In this document: positions 39,784 to 48,141 of the stretch, in pieces
How the letters are laid out: each line of letters starts with the position of its first letter
Numbering within the stretch: position 1 is the stretch's first letter
Assembly: GCA_016930695.1 (NCBI GenBank)
Contig: JAFGGD010000026.1
Location: forward strand, 114,904 to 178,903
Length of the DNA stretch: 64,000 nt
From: Candidatus Eiseniibacteriota bacterium
GTDB lineage: Bacteria > Orphanbacterota > Orphanbacteria > Orphanbacterales > Orphanbacteraceae
Direction of reading: 5' to 3'
Notes under the pieces: generated by a model
Database searches by the model: none
Told to the model about the DNA's origin: nothing
Seen by the model: only the letters and a program-made list of their open reading frames with translations
Program-made: the position numbers and the translations under genes

Positions 39784-40653
39784 GTGATGATCCTTGCCGT
39801 GGCAAGTGGAAAAGGGGGAACCGGGAAAACGACCGTCGCGATCGGTTTGGCGCGGGCCGCGGCGGCGGAGGGCCGCACCGTGCTTTTCCTGGACTGCGAT
39901 GTGGAGGCGCCGAACGCGGCGCTCTTCCTCCATCCGGAGTGGGAGGAGGAAAGGCGGGTCGGCGTCCTCCTGCCCGAGGTGGACCCGGAGAAGTGCACGG
40001 GCTGCGGGCGCTGCGCCGAGGTGTGCGCCTATTCCGCCCTCGCCGTGGTGAACGGGAAGGTGCTCCTTTTCGACGATCTCTGCCACGGCTGCGGGAGCTG
40101 CATGCGGCAGTGTCCCGAGAAGGCGATCACCGAACGGCTCCATACAACCGGAAGCCTCCATGCGGGCCGGGCCGGCGCGATTCTCTTCGCCCGGGGCGTG
40201 CTCGACGTGGGGCGAGCCATGGCGCCGCCCGTGATCCGCGAACTGAAACGATGGAAGCTCGGGGGCGCGGGCGGGCCGGGACGCCTGGCGGTGCTCGACG
40301 CGCCTCCGGGCGCGTCCTGTCCGGTGGTGGAAACTCTCCGGGGCGCCGACCGCGTTCTTCTCGTCACCGAACCGACCCCCTTCGGCCTGCACGACCTGGA
40401 GCAGGCGATCGGCCTCGCCCGGGACGCCCTCGGGCTCCCCGTCGATGTCGTTCTGAACCGCGCCGACGAGGGAGATGACGCCGTGGAGCGTTTTTGCGAG
40501 AAAGAGGGGATCCCCGTGGTGCTCCGCATACCCTTCGACAGGAAGATCGCCGAGGCGTATTCGGAAGGAATCGCGCCGGACCACGCGGTGCCGGAGGTCG
40601 GGCGCGCCTTTCGGGATCTCCTGCTCGTGCTCGCCGGGAGGGAGGGAGGATGA
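39784..40653 (+). CDS. MinD/ParA-superfamily P-loop ATPase with inserted 2x[4Fe-4S] ferredoxin domain (CooC-like)
   Basis: Deviant Walker A GKGGTGKTT. Two Fe-S cysteine clusters, CTGCGRCAEVC and CHGCGSCMRQCP. Confidence 0.8.
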   Translation: MMILAVASGKGGTGKTTVAIGLARAAAAEGRTVLFLDCDVEAPNAALFLHPEWEEERRVGVLLPEVDPEKCTGCGRCAEVCAYSALAVVNGKVLLFDDLCHGCGSCMRQCPEKAITERLHTTGSLHAGRAGAILFARGVLDVGRAMAPPVIRELKRWKLGGAGGPGRLAVLDAPPGASCPVVETLRGADRVLLVTEPTPFGLHDLEQAIGLARDALGLPVDVVLNRADEGDDAVERFCEKEGIPVVLRIPFDRKIAEAYSEGIAPDHAVPEVGRAFRDLLLVLAGREGG

Positions 40654-41561
40654 TGAAGCAACTGGTCGTGCTGAGCGGCAAGGGGGGCACGGGGAAGACA
40701 TCGGTCGCCGCCGCGCTCGCGGTGCTCGCCTCGCGTGAGAGGAAGATCGTCCTCGCCGACGCGGACGTGGACGCCGCCAATCTCGCCATCCTTCTCGACC
40801 CGATCGAGGAGGAGCGTGTCGACTTCGTTTCGCCCGAAACCGCGGCGATCGATCCGGAGCGGTGCGTCGCCTGCGGCCTCTGCGCCGAGGCGTGCCGCTT
40901 CGACGCGATCCCGGTCGAGGATTCCGTCTACCGGGTCGATCCACTCGGATGCGAGGGGTGCCGCGCCTGCCTCTGGGTCTGTCCCGAGGACGCGATCCGC
41001 ATGGAGCGCGAACCGGCCGGCTTTCGACTCCGTTCGCGCACCCCCTACGGCCTTCTTCACCACGCCCACCTCTTTCCCGGCGCGGAGAATTCGGGAAAAC
41101 TGGTGAGCGAGGTGCGGCGCGAGGCGCGGCGGAGCGCCTTGGACGGAGGCGCGGACTTCATTCTGATCGACGGGCCGCCCGGCATCGGCTGTCCGGTGAT
41201 CGCGGCGAGCACCGGCGTCGATCTCGCTCTTCTCGTCGCCGAGCCGACCGTCTCGGCGATCCACGACCTGGCGCGCGTGCGCGGCGCCGCGGAACACTTC
41301 GATGTTCCCTGCGCGATCGTCGTCAACAAGTGGGATCTGAATCCGGGGAAGACCGCCGAGATCGAGCGCTTCGCCGCGCGCGACGGCTTGGAGATCTGGG
41401 GAAGGATTCCCTACGACCGGGAGGTGCCGCGCACGCTCGTGATGCGCCGTCCGATCACCGAGTGTCCCGCCGAGGGTGTGCGGAAGGCGATCGCGGAAAT
41501 CTGGGAAGCGGCGCGCCGCGCCATGGATGACGCCGGCGATCCCTTTCCGACGCGCGGCTAA
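40650..41561 (+). CDS. Second MinD/ParA-superfamily ATPase with inserted 4Fe-4S ferredoxin domain
   Basis: GKGGTGKTS. CVACGLCAEAC and CEGCRACLWVCP. ATGA overlap with the upstream paralogue. Confidence 0.8.
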   Translation: MMKQLVVLSGKGGTGKTSVAAALAVLASRERKIVLADADVDAANLAILLDPIEEERVDFVSPETAAIDPERCVACGLCAEACRFDAIPVEDSVYRVDPLGCEGCRACLWVCPEDAIRMEREPAGFRLRSRTPYGLLHHAHLFPGAENSGKLVSEVRREARRSALDGGADFILIDGPPGIGCPVIAASTGVDLALLVAEPTVSAIHDLARVRGAAEHFDVPCAIVVNKWDLNPGKTAEIERFAARDGLEIWGRIPYDREVPRTLVMRRPITECPAEGVRKAIAEIWEAARRAMDDAGDPFPTRG

Positions 41562-41641
41562 GCGTACCGGCCGTTCTTCGGCGCGGCGGGCGCTCGGTGG
41601 GCGGGAAAGCAGTCGCCCCAATTCGGACGGAACGGAATTTT

Positions 41642-42055
41642 CTAGAGGCCGAGCACGCGGGCCGCGGTTTCATACTCCTCCGGCCGCACGTGGAGGATAT
41701 AGCCGAAACGCCCCGCGCCGTCCCCCACGGCGTAAGAGGAGTAAACGTTCACGCCGCCGTCGCACAGCTTGCGATGGAGTTCGCCGAGCGCTCCCATCTC
41801 GTCCTTTCCCTGGACAATGAAAGCGTTTTGCGGGCCCGTCAACACCAGGTCCACCGACCCGGCCGCCCGTGTGAGTGCTTGGGGATCCTCGGGGAAGAGA
41901 ACGAGCTGCGTGCTGTCCGCGCCGAAGGGAATGGCGTGGAAGGCGCACAAATTGACCCCCTTCTCCTTGAGGCGGCAGAGAAGGTGGCACGCGCCGCACG
42001 GTTTGTCTTTGACTGTCGTATAGAAATACGCGACCCGACGAATGATCATGTCCAT
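41642..42055 (-). CDS. Hypothetical protein, tandem ACT-like fold
   Basis: 137-aa ORF with two similar halves resembling ACT regulatory domains. No strong motif. Confidence 0.4.
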   Translation of the reverse strand: MDMIIRRVAYFYTTVKDKPCGACHLLCRLKEKGVNLCAFHAIPFGADSTQLVLFPEDPQALTRAAGSVDLVLTGPQNAFIVQGKDEMGALGELHRKLCDGGVNVYSSYAVGDGAGRFGYILHVRPEEYETAARVLGL

Positions 42056-42167
42056 GTCGGTCCTCCCGCCGGGCCGGACGTCCTCCCGGCGATATAGGGC
42101 GCGGGGAGGCCGTGGAAGCCGGGCTTAGCTCCTCTAATCTTATGTCGGGGGGCGCGTCGCGTCCAAG

Positions 42168-42581
42168 TCATTCCGAAGAGCGGCGGGCGGCCGTCAGCAC
42201 GAAAACCGCCCGCGCGGCCGCCCTCTCTTCACCGTCCTGTACGAGGATGGCGCTGGTGCGCATCAGCCGCCGTTTCCGTTCTTCCACACGGGCGGTGACG
42301 GTCAGCGCTCTCTCGGTGCTCACCGGCTTTTTGAAGGAAACGTGGATCTCGGCGGTGGCGGCCCCCTCGGCGAGGCTGCCGGTTGCGTAAGCCATCGCTT
42401 CGTCGAGCAACGTGGAGATGACGCCGCCGTGCAATACGCCGCTCCAGCCCTGGTATTCCCGTTTCGGCGTCCAGGTGAAAACGGCGCTCCCCTCTTCATC
42501 CGTCCGCACGTTCAGATGCAGCCCGATCGGATTGCGGGATCCGCAAGCAAAGCAGTAATCGTTGTCGGTGAATCGGTTCAT
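42168..42581 (-). CDS. PaaI-family hotdog-fold thioesterase
   Basis: The C-terminal 137 aa of a long ORF. Start at MNRF. Motif region HGGVISTLLDEAM typical of PaaI/4HBT thioesterases. The upstream part of the ORF is junk. Confidence 0.7.
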   Translation of the reverse strand: MNRFTDNDYCFACGSRNPIGLHLNVRTDEEGSAVFTWTPKREYQGWSGVLHGGVISTLLDEAMAYATGSLAEGAATAEIHVSFKKPVSTERALTVTARVEERKRRLMRTSAILVQDGEERAAARAVFVLTAARRSSE

Positions 42582-42794
42582 GGTCTCTCCTCTCGGGCGA
42601 ATTCTCTCCCAGTATAGAGCGGACCATGCGCGTGTTCGTAGGATATTTGGGAAGACGACAACTTTTCGCGAAGCGAAAAAGCATCGGGTGCCGAGGCCGG
42701 TTTCCGCGCCCCTACGTTGCCGGGATCGCTCCCGTGTGACACAATGAAAGAAGCGGTGGGCGCCGCCGGCGTCTTCCGCGCGCGTGGGGAGGCG

Positions 42795-44045
42795 ATGATC
42801 GAAGCAAAGGGCACGGTATTGAACCGGCGGGAGTTCCTCCGTCTCGCCGGAATCGGGGGTGCGTGCGCCGCCGCGTCGAGTCCATTCCTGTCCGGGCGGC
42901 TCGGGCGCTTGTTGACGGGCGCGGGCGTCGCGGAGGCGGCGGGCGCGAGCCCTCTGGCGCGCAACGCTCCGGAGGCGCGCTACTACGTCTCCACCCTCGC
43001 TCCGGCGGGGGTCTGCGCTTCCTGTCACGGCGACGCCTCGGACCTCGATGTCTCCTACCGGCACACCTCCCGCGCGGTGAAGTGCTTCCTCTGCGCGAAC
43101 GAGTGCGACATCCCGGACGGCGCGCGCGGGCTTTGCCGTGCACGTGAGAACGTGGGCGGCGTCCTCAAGACCCTCGTCTACGGCCGCCCCGCGGCGATCC
43201 ACGTCGACCCGATCGAGAAAAAACCCTTCTATCATTTCCTCCCCGGCACGACCGCCTTTTCCATAGGCACCGCCGGATGTCCTCTCCGCTGCGAGTTTTG
43301 CCAGAACTGGGAGCTTTCCTCCGCCGCTCCCGAGGAGATCGAAGGGGAGGAGGTGACCCCCGGCGCGATCGTTCGCGCCGCCCTCCGGCGGGGAGCGCCC
43401 ACCATCGCCTTCACCTACAACGAGCCGACGGTTTTTTTCGAATACCTCGCCGACATTTCCCGGGAGGGACGGAAAGAGGGGCTCCGGCACGTGCTGGTCA
43501 GCTCCGGTTACATGAACCCGGAGCCGCTCGAGGAGATGTGCGGTTTCTTGGACGCGATCAAGATCGACCTCAAAGGTTACGACGAGGAGTTTTACAGGAA
43601 GGTCTGCGGCGGCGAGCTGGGGCCGGTGCTCCGGTCGATCCGGGGGGCGGCGCGCCGCGGTGTCCATCTGGAGATCGTCAATTTGGTGGTTCCCACGCTG
43701 AACGATTCGCCGGAGCGCCTGCGCGAACTCTGCCGCTGGGTCGCCGGAGAGACGGGGCCGGACACGCCGGTCCACTTCACCCGCTTTCATCCGGATTATC
43801 GAATGCTGAATCTTCCGCCGACGCCCGTCTCCACGCTGGAGCGCGCCTGGGAGATCGCGCGCGAAGAGGGCCTTCGCTATCCCTACGTGGGGAACGTGCC
43901 GGACCACCCCGGAAACAACACCTACTGCCCCTCCTGCGGCGGGAAGGCGATCGAGAGGATCGGCTTCCACACCATCGGGGTCCGCGTGGACGAGGAGGGA
44001 AGGTGCGCCGCTTGCGGCGCGCCGATCGCCGGAGTATGGAAATGA
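42795..44045 (+). CDS. AmmeMemoRadiSam-system radical SAM enzyme with N-terminal twin-arginine-like extension
   Basis: Family N-terminal motif CFLCANECDIPDGARGLCRAREN. Radical SAM CPLRCEFC (CxxxCxxC). An approximately 65-aa N-terminal extension carries NRREFLRLAG and CASCH. Followed by Memo and AMMECR1 domains. Confidence 0.75.
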   Translation: MIEAKGTVLNRREFLRLAGIGGACAAASSPFLSGRLGRLLTGAGVAEAAGASPLARNAPEARYYVSTLAPAGVCASCHGDASDLDVSYRHTSRAVKCFLCANECDIPDGARGLCRARENVGGVLKTLVYGRPAAIHVDPIEKKPFYHFLPGTTAFSIGTAGCPLRCEFCQNWELSSAAPEEIEGEEVTPGAIVRAALRRGAPTIAFTYNEPTVFFEYLADISREGRKEGLRHVLVSSGYMNPEPLEEMCGFLDAIKIDLKGYDEEFYRKVCGGELGPVLRSIRGAARRGVHLEIVNLVVPTLNDSPERLRELCRWVAGETGPDTPVHFTRFHPDYRMLNLPPTPVSTLERAWEIAREEGLRYPYVGNVPDHPGNNTYCPSCGGKAIERIGFHTIGVRVDEEGRCAACGAPIAGVWK

Positions 44046-45628
44046 AGAGAATTCGAAGAGCGGCCGAACGCCGCGCCGCGCGTCTCCTCGTCCCGGCGAT
44101 CGCCTGCGCGCTCCTCCTCCCCGGAACGGCGGGCTGCGCGGGCGACGCCGGAAACGAGGGACCGGGCGTGCGGGAACCGGCGGTGGCGGGAAGCTTCTAT
44201 CCCGAAGATCCGGATCGGCTGAGACTCGCCGTGCGCGCCTTCCTGAATGAGGCGCCGGTGAAGGAGAAGGGGACGGCGCTCGCGATCCTGGCGCCGCACG
44301 CCGGGTACATCTACTCCGGGCAGATCGCCGCGGACGCCTGGCGGCAGGCGGCGGAACTCCCCATCGAGACGGTGGTGATCCTCGGCACCAACCACACCAC
44401 CGCCCCTTTTCGGGGCGCGTCGGTTTGGGGGAGCGGCGCCTACGGGACGCCGCTCGGCGACGCGCCGGTGGACGCGGAGTTCGCGGCGCGGCTCCGCGAG
44501 GAAGACGACCGTTTCGTCTTCCGCGCCGATACGCACCGGAAGGAACATTCCGTGGAGGTGCAGGTTCCCTTCGCCCAGATCCTTTTTCCCGAGGCGCGCA
44601 TCGTGCCGATGGTGATCGGCGATAAGGACGCGGAGATGTGCCGCGCCCTCGGCCGCGCGATCGGCCGGATCGCCTCGCCCGGCCGCACGCTGATCGTGGC
44701 GAGCACCGACCTTTCGCACTATCCCGCCTACGACGACGCGGTCCGGTCGGACCATGCCGTGCTCCGCGCCGTCGCTTCCCTCGATCCTTCGGAGGTGAAG
44801 CGAACGATCGCCCGCGAGATGGACCGGGGCGCGGCGGATCTCTCCACCTGCGCCTGCGGCGAGGGACCGATCCTCGTCGCGATGCATGCCGCCCTCGAGA
44901 TGGGCGCCGATCACGCCACGGTGGTGAGCTACGCCAACTCGGGGATGGCCGCCATCGGAAACCCCGACCGGGTAGTCGGTTACGGAGCGGTCGCCTTCTC
45001 CTCCGGAGGCGGAGGGACGGACCTTGCGGCGCTCGAATCGCCGGCTCCGGCGCGCGAGGTCGATGGGCCGCTCACCGGGGAACAGCGCGCCTGGTTGATC
45101 GACCTGGCTCGGCGGAGCGTGGAGCAATACATGCTCACCGGCACGGCGCCCCTCGCCCGTCCCGACGATCCGGCGCTTCTGGCGCGGCGCGGCGCCTTCG
45201 TCACGCTGAAGAAGCGCGGCGAGCTGCGCGGCTGCATCGGCCACATGAAGGAGGATCTCCCCCTCGCCCGAACCGTGGGGGCGATGGCCCTGCAGGCCGC
45301 CTTCAACGATCGTCGCTTCCAGCCCGTTCAATGGGAGGAGTGGCGCGACATCACCGTAGAGATCTCGGTGCTCACCCCGTTTCGCGAGATCGACGGGCCG
45401 GAGAAGATCGTGATCGGGCGCGACGGCGTGCTCCTGAAAAAGGACGGGCGCTCCGCGGTCTACCTCCCCCAGGTCGCCCCCGAACAGGGTTGGGATCGGG
45501 AGGAGACGCTCGATCATCTCTGCGCCAAGGCGGGCCTCCCCGGCGGTTGCTGGAAGAGGGGCGCCGCGCTCTACACCTTCCAGGCGGAGGTGTTCGCCGA
45601 GGAGGGGGACGCGGAGGCTTCGCGCTGA
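44036..45628 (+). CDS. Fused Memo-like (AmmeMemoRadiSam protein B) + AMMECR1 (protein A) protein with signal/lipobox-like N-terminus
   Basis: Memo motifs AGSFYPEDPDRL, ILAPHAGYIYSG, LGTNHT. C-terminal AMMECR1 motif GAFVTLKKRGELRGCIGHM. N-terminus MEMKRIRR...LLLPGTAGCAG. Start overlaps the radical SAM stop. Confidence 0.75.
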   Translation: MEMKRIRRAAERRAARLLVPAIACALLLPGTAGCAGDAGNEGPGVREPAVAGSFYPEDPDRLRLAVRAFLNEAPVKEKGTALAILAPHAGYIYSGQIAADAWRQAAELPIETVVILGTNHTTAPFRGASVWGSGAYGTPLGDAPVDAEFAARLREEDDRFVFRADTHRKEHSVEVQVPFAQILFPEARIVPMVIGDKDAEMCRALGRAIGRIASPGRTLIVASTDLSHYPAYDDAVRSDHAVLRAVASLDPSEVKRTIAREMDRGAADLSTCACGEGPILVAMHAALEMGADHATVVSYANSGMAAIGNPDRVVGYGAVAFSSGGGGTDLAALESPAPAREVDGPLTGEQRAWLIDLARRSVEQYMLTGTAPLARPDDPALLARRGAFVTLKKRGELRGCIGHMKEDLPLARTVGAMALQAAFNDRRFQPVQWEEWRDITVEISVLTPFREIDGPEKIVIGRDGVLLKKDGRSAVYLPQVAPEQGWDREETLDHLCAKAGLPGGCWKRGAALYTFQAEVFAEEGDAEASR

Positions 45629-45659
45629 CGGAGACCCCGCGCCCGGAACCGGAAAACCC

Positions 45660-47774
45660 ATGATCCCTCTCCTTCTGACGATCGGTTTTCTCTCCCTCTT
45701 CGGGCAGGTGATCCTGCTCCGGGAAGCGGCGGACGCCTTCTACGGGAGCGAGCTGATCCTCCTTCTCACGATCGCTTTTTGGATGGTGTGGACCGGCGCG
45801 GGCGCGCTTCTCGCGCGCGGTCGCGGCGCCGCGCCCGGCGCGCGGGCGATTCCCGCCGCCCTCGCCGGTCTCGGCGTCGCCTTTCCCGCGTCGGTGCTCT
45901 TTCTTCGCTCGGTCCGCATTCTCTTCCACGGCGTGCCCGGCGCATTTCTCCCCTTCGAGCGCCAGGTCGCCGCGGCCGCGCTCGCATCGGCCCCTGTGGG
46001 GCTACTCCTCGGCGCGCTCTTCGTCCTCGCCGCGCGCCGCCGATCCCGCTCCGGCCGCTTCGCATCCGCCTACGGGATCGAGTCGATCGGCGCGGCGCTC
46101 GGCGGGCTCGCGTCCGTCTTCCTCTTCGCCGGCAGCGCGCCCCCCTTCTCCGCGTCCCTCCTCGCCGGAGCGATCGCCTGGATCGCGGGGGCGGCGCTCG
46201 CCCGCCGGCCCGCGGCGCGCCTCCTTTTCGGCGCCGGTGCGGCGCTTTCGATCGGCTTGGTGTTCTTCGCCGCGGCGTCGTTGGAGAGGGCGACCCTCGC
46301 CTGGCACGCGCCCGGCCTCGTGGAGAGCCGGGACACCCCCTACGGGCGGATCACGCTGACCGAGCGGGGAGGGCAGGCAGTCCTCTTCCGGAACGGCGCG
46401 ATCGTGTTTGAAACACAAAGCACGGACGCGGAGGAGGCGGTTCACCCGGCGCTTTTACAGCGGGAGAGTCCGCGCCGCGTGCTGGTGATCGGCGGCGGCC
46501 CGGCGGGGATGGTCCGCGAGATTCTGCGATACCGCCCCGAGCGCGTGGATGACGTGGAGATCGACGGAGCGGCGATCGACATGATCCGCGGCCGGCTTCC
46601 GGAGACGGAGGGGCGCGCCCTGGACGACCCGGCGGTGAGGTTGATCGCCGGGGATGGGCGCCGTTTTCTGCGCGAGGCCGAAGAGACGTATGACGCGATC
46701 CTGGTCGACATGGGGGAGCCGAACTCCGGCGCGGCGAACCGCTTCTACACGGCCGAGTTTTTCCGTCTCTGCCGGGAGAGGCTTTCCCCGGACGGCGTGC
46801 TCGCCTTCGCCGTTACCGGCGCGGAGCAGTACTGGACGGCGTCGATGGCGCGGCGGAACGGCTCGATCCTGCACGCCCTGAAAGAGGTGTTCGGCGACGT
46901 GGTGGTCCTCCCCGGCGGGCGCAACCTTTTCCTCGCGTCGGAGGAGAGTCTCACCCGCGACCCGGAACCCCTGGTCCGCCGCTTTCAGGAACGCGGAATC
47001 GAGACGAGGCTCCTTTCGGCGCCGCACATTCGTTATCTCTACACGAACGATCGTTTCGATGAGACGGAGAGGAGACTCCGGGAAGCGGACGTTCCGGCCA
47101 ACACCGACCGGCGACCGGTCTGCTATCCCTTCACACTTCTCGCATGGCTCGCCCGCTTCCATCGGCCCCTCGCCGATTTCCGCTTCACCCTCGGCAGGCA
47201 AGTGTGGGCGGTTCCGGCGGTGGCGGCGCTTCTCTTCACGGCGCTTCGCCTGCGTCGCCGGCGGCGGGCGGGACGGCTTTTCCTGGCGGCGTTCGCGGGA
47301 GCATCCGGCGCGGCGCTCGAGTTCGCCCTCCTCCTCCGTTTTCAGACCGCCGCCGGAGCGCTTTACCGGGACGTGGGTGCGCTTCTCGCCGCGTTCATGG
47401 TCGGTCTGGCGGCGAGCCCGCTCGTCGGCCGGCGCGCGGCGCGATCGACGCGCGGGGGGACGGCGCTCGTCGCCGCCTACGCGCTCTTCGCCGGTGCGAC
47501 GGCGCTCTTCCTGCGCGGCGGCTCGGCGGGATATCTCCCGGCGGCCGTTTTCCTGCTCTCCCTCGCCGGGCTCGGCACCGGTTCCGTATACTGCTGGGCC
47601 GCCGAGCGGGATCGGGACGCGGGCGCGTCCCTCTACGGCGCCGACTTGATCGGCGGGAGCGCCGGCGCCGTCGCGGCGACCCTTCTGCTTCTTCCCTTCC
47701 TCGGTCTCGACGCCGCCGCGCTCTGGATCGGGCTTCTCCTCTTCGCCGCGCTCCCCGCGGCCGGCGGGGATTGA
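45660..47774 (+). CDS. Polytopic membrane protein with embedded spermidine-synthase-like (aminopropyltransferase / class I methyltransferase fold) domain
   Basis: N-terminal and C-terminal TM bundles. Central soluble domain with RVLVIGGGPAGMVREIL, DDVEID, ILVDMGEPNSGAANRFYTAEFF. Confidence 0.7.
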   Translation: MIPLLLTIGFLSLFGQVILLREAADAFYGSELILLLTIAFWMVWTGAGALLARGRGAAPGARAIPAALAGLGVAFPASVLFLRSVRILFHGVPGAFLPFERQVAAAALASAPVGLLLGALFVLAARRRSRSGRFASAYGIESIGAALGGLASVFLFAGSAPPFSASLLAGAIAWIAGAALARRPAARLLFGAGAALSIGLVFFAAASLERATLAWHAPGLVESRDTPYGRITLTERGGQAVLFRNGAIVFETQSTDAEEAVHPALLQRESPRRVLVIGGGPAGMVREILRYRPERVDDVEIDGAAIDMIRGRLPETEGRALDDPAVRLIAGDGRRFLREAEETYDAILVDMGEPNSGAANRFYTAEFFRLCRERLSPDGVLAFAVTGAEQYWTASMARRNGSILHALKEVFGDVVVLPGGRNLFLASEESLTRDPEPLVRRFQERGIETRLLSAPHIRYLYTNDRFDETERRLREADVPANTDRRPVCYPFTLLAWLARFHRPLADFRFTLGRQVWAVPAVAALLFTALRLRRRRRAGRLFLAAFAGASGAALEFALLLRFQTAAGALYRDVGALLAAFMVGLAASPLVGRRAARSTRGGTALVAAYALFAGATALFLRGGSAGYLPAAVFLLSLAGLGTGSVYCWAAERDRDAGASLYGADLIGGSAGAVAATLLLLPFLGLDAAALWIGLLLFAALPAAGGD

Positions 47775-48141
47775 CCCGCGCGCTTGCGCACCGGACGCGG
47801 AAGGGATAGGGTTGCGCTGCGTTCCCCCCGTCACGGCCGGACCCGTTTCGCCCGTTACGCACCGGTGAAAAGGGGGCATCCATGGGAGAAGAGAGAACCC
47901 GACGGCGGCATGGAGCCCGCGCGACTCGCGCGTCCGGTACGACGAGTTCAACCCGGACAGCAAAACGCCGGGCGATACGGAGAAGACGGTCACGGCGGGT
48001 CTCGACTTTCTTCCCGCCGGCCACCGTTTCAAGATGATGCTCGAATACGCGAACCACCACCGCCTGGACGCCGGTGACGACCGGAGCCGGGACGAAGACG
48101 AGGTCCGTTTTCTGGTCCAGATCGAGGTGGAATAGGGAGGT

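Noticed and set aside
39418-41621. 508-aa and 530-aa minus ORFs antisense to the NifX-like and MinD-like genes
   Set aside because: Poly-Pro/Arg translations, for example PPPPPPPRPPPP, produced by reading the Gly-codon repeat on the opposite strand. The plus-strand genes carry clear P-loop and Fe-S motifs.
41642-42055. CGACH (CxxCH) motif in the small ACT-like protein
   Set aside because: The protein has no signal peptide and no other cytochrome features. A single CxxCH in a cytoplasmic protein is most likely coincidental.
42582-43970. Upstream 460 aa of the 600-aa minus ORF (42168-43970); also the 43277-44035 part of the 783-aa plus ORF, and 43922-45661 (minus)
   Set aside because: Overlap or lie antisense to the radical SAM and Memo-AMMECR1 genes. 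Only the C-terminal PaaI thioesterase segment and the Memo-AMMECR1 segment have family motifs.
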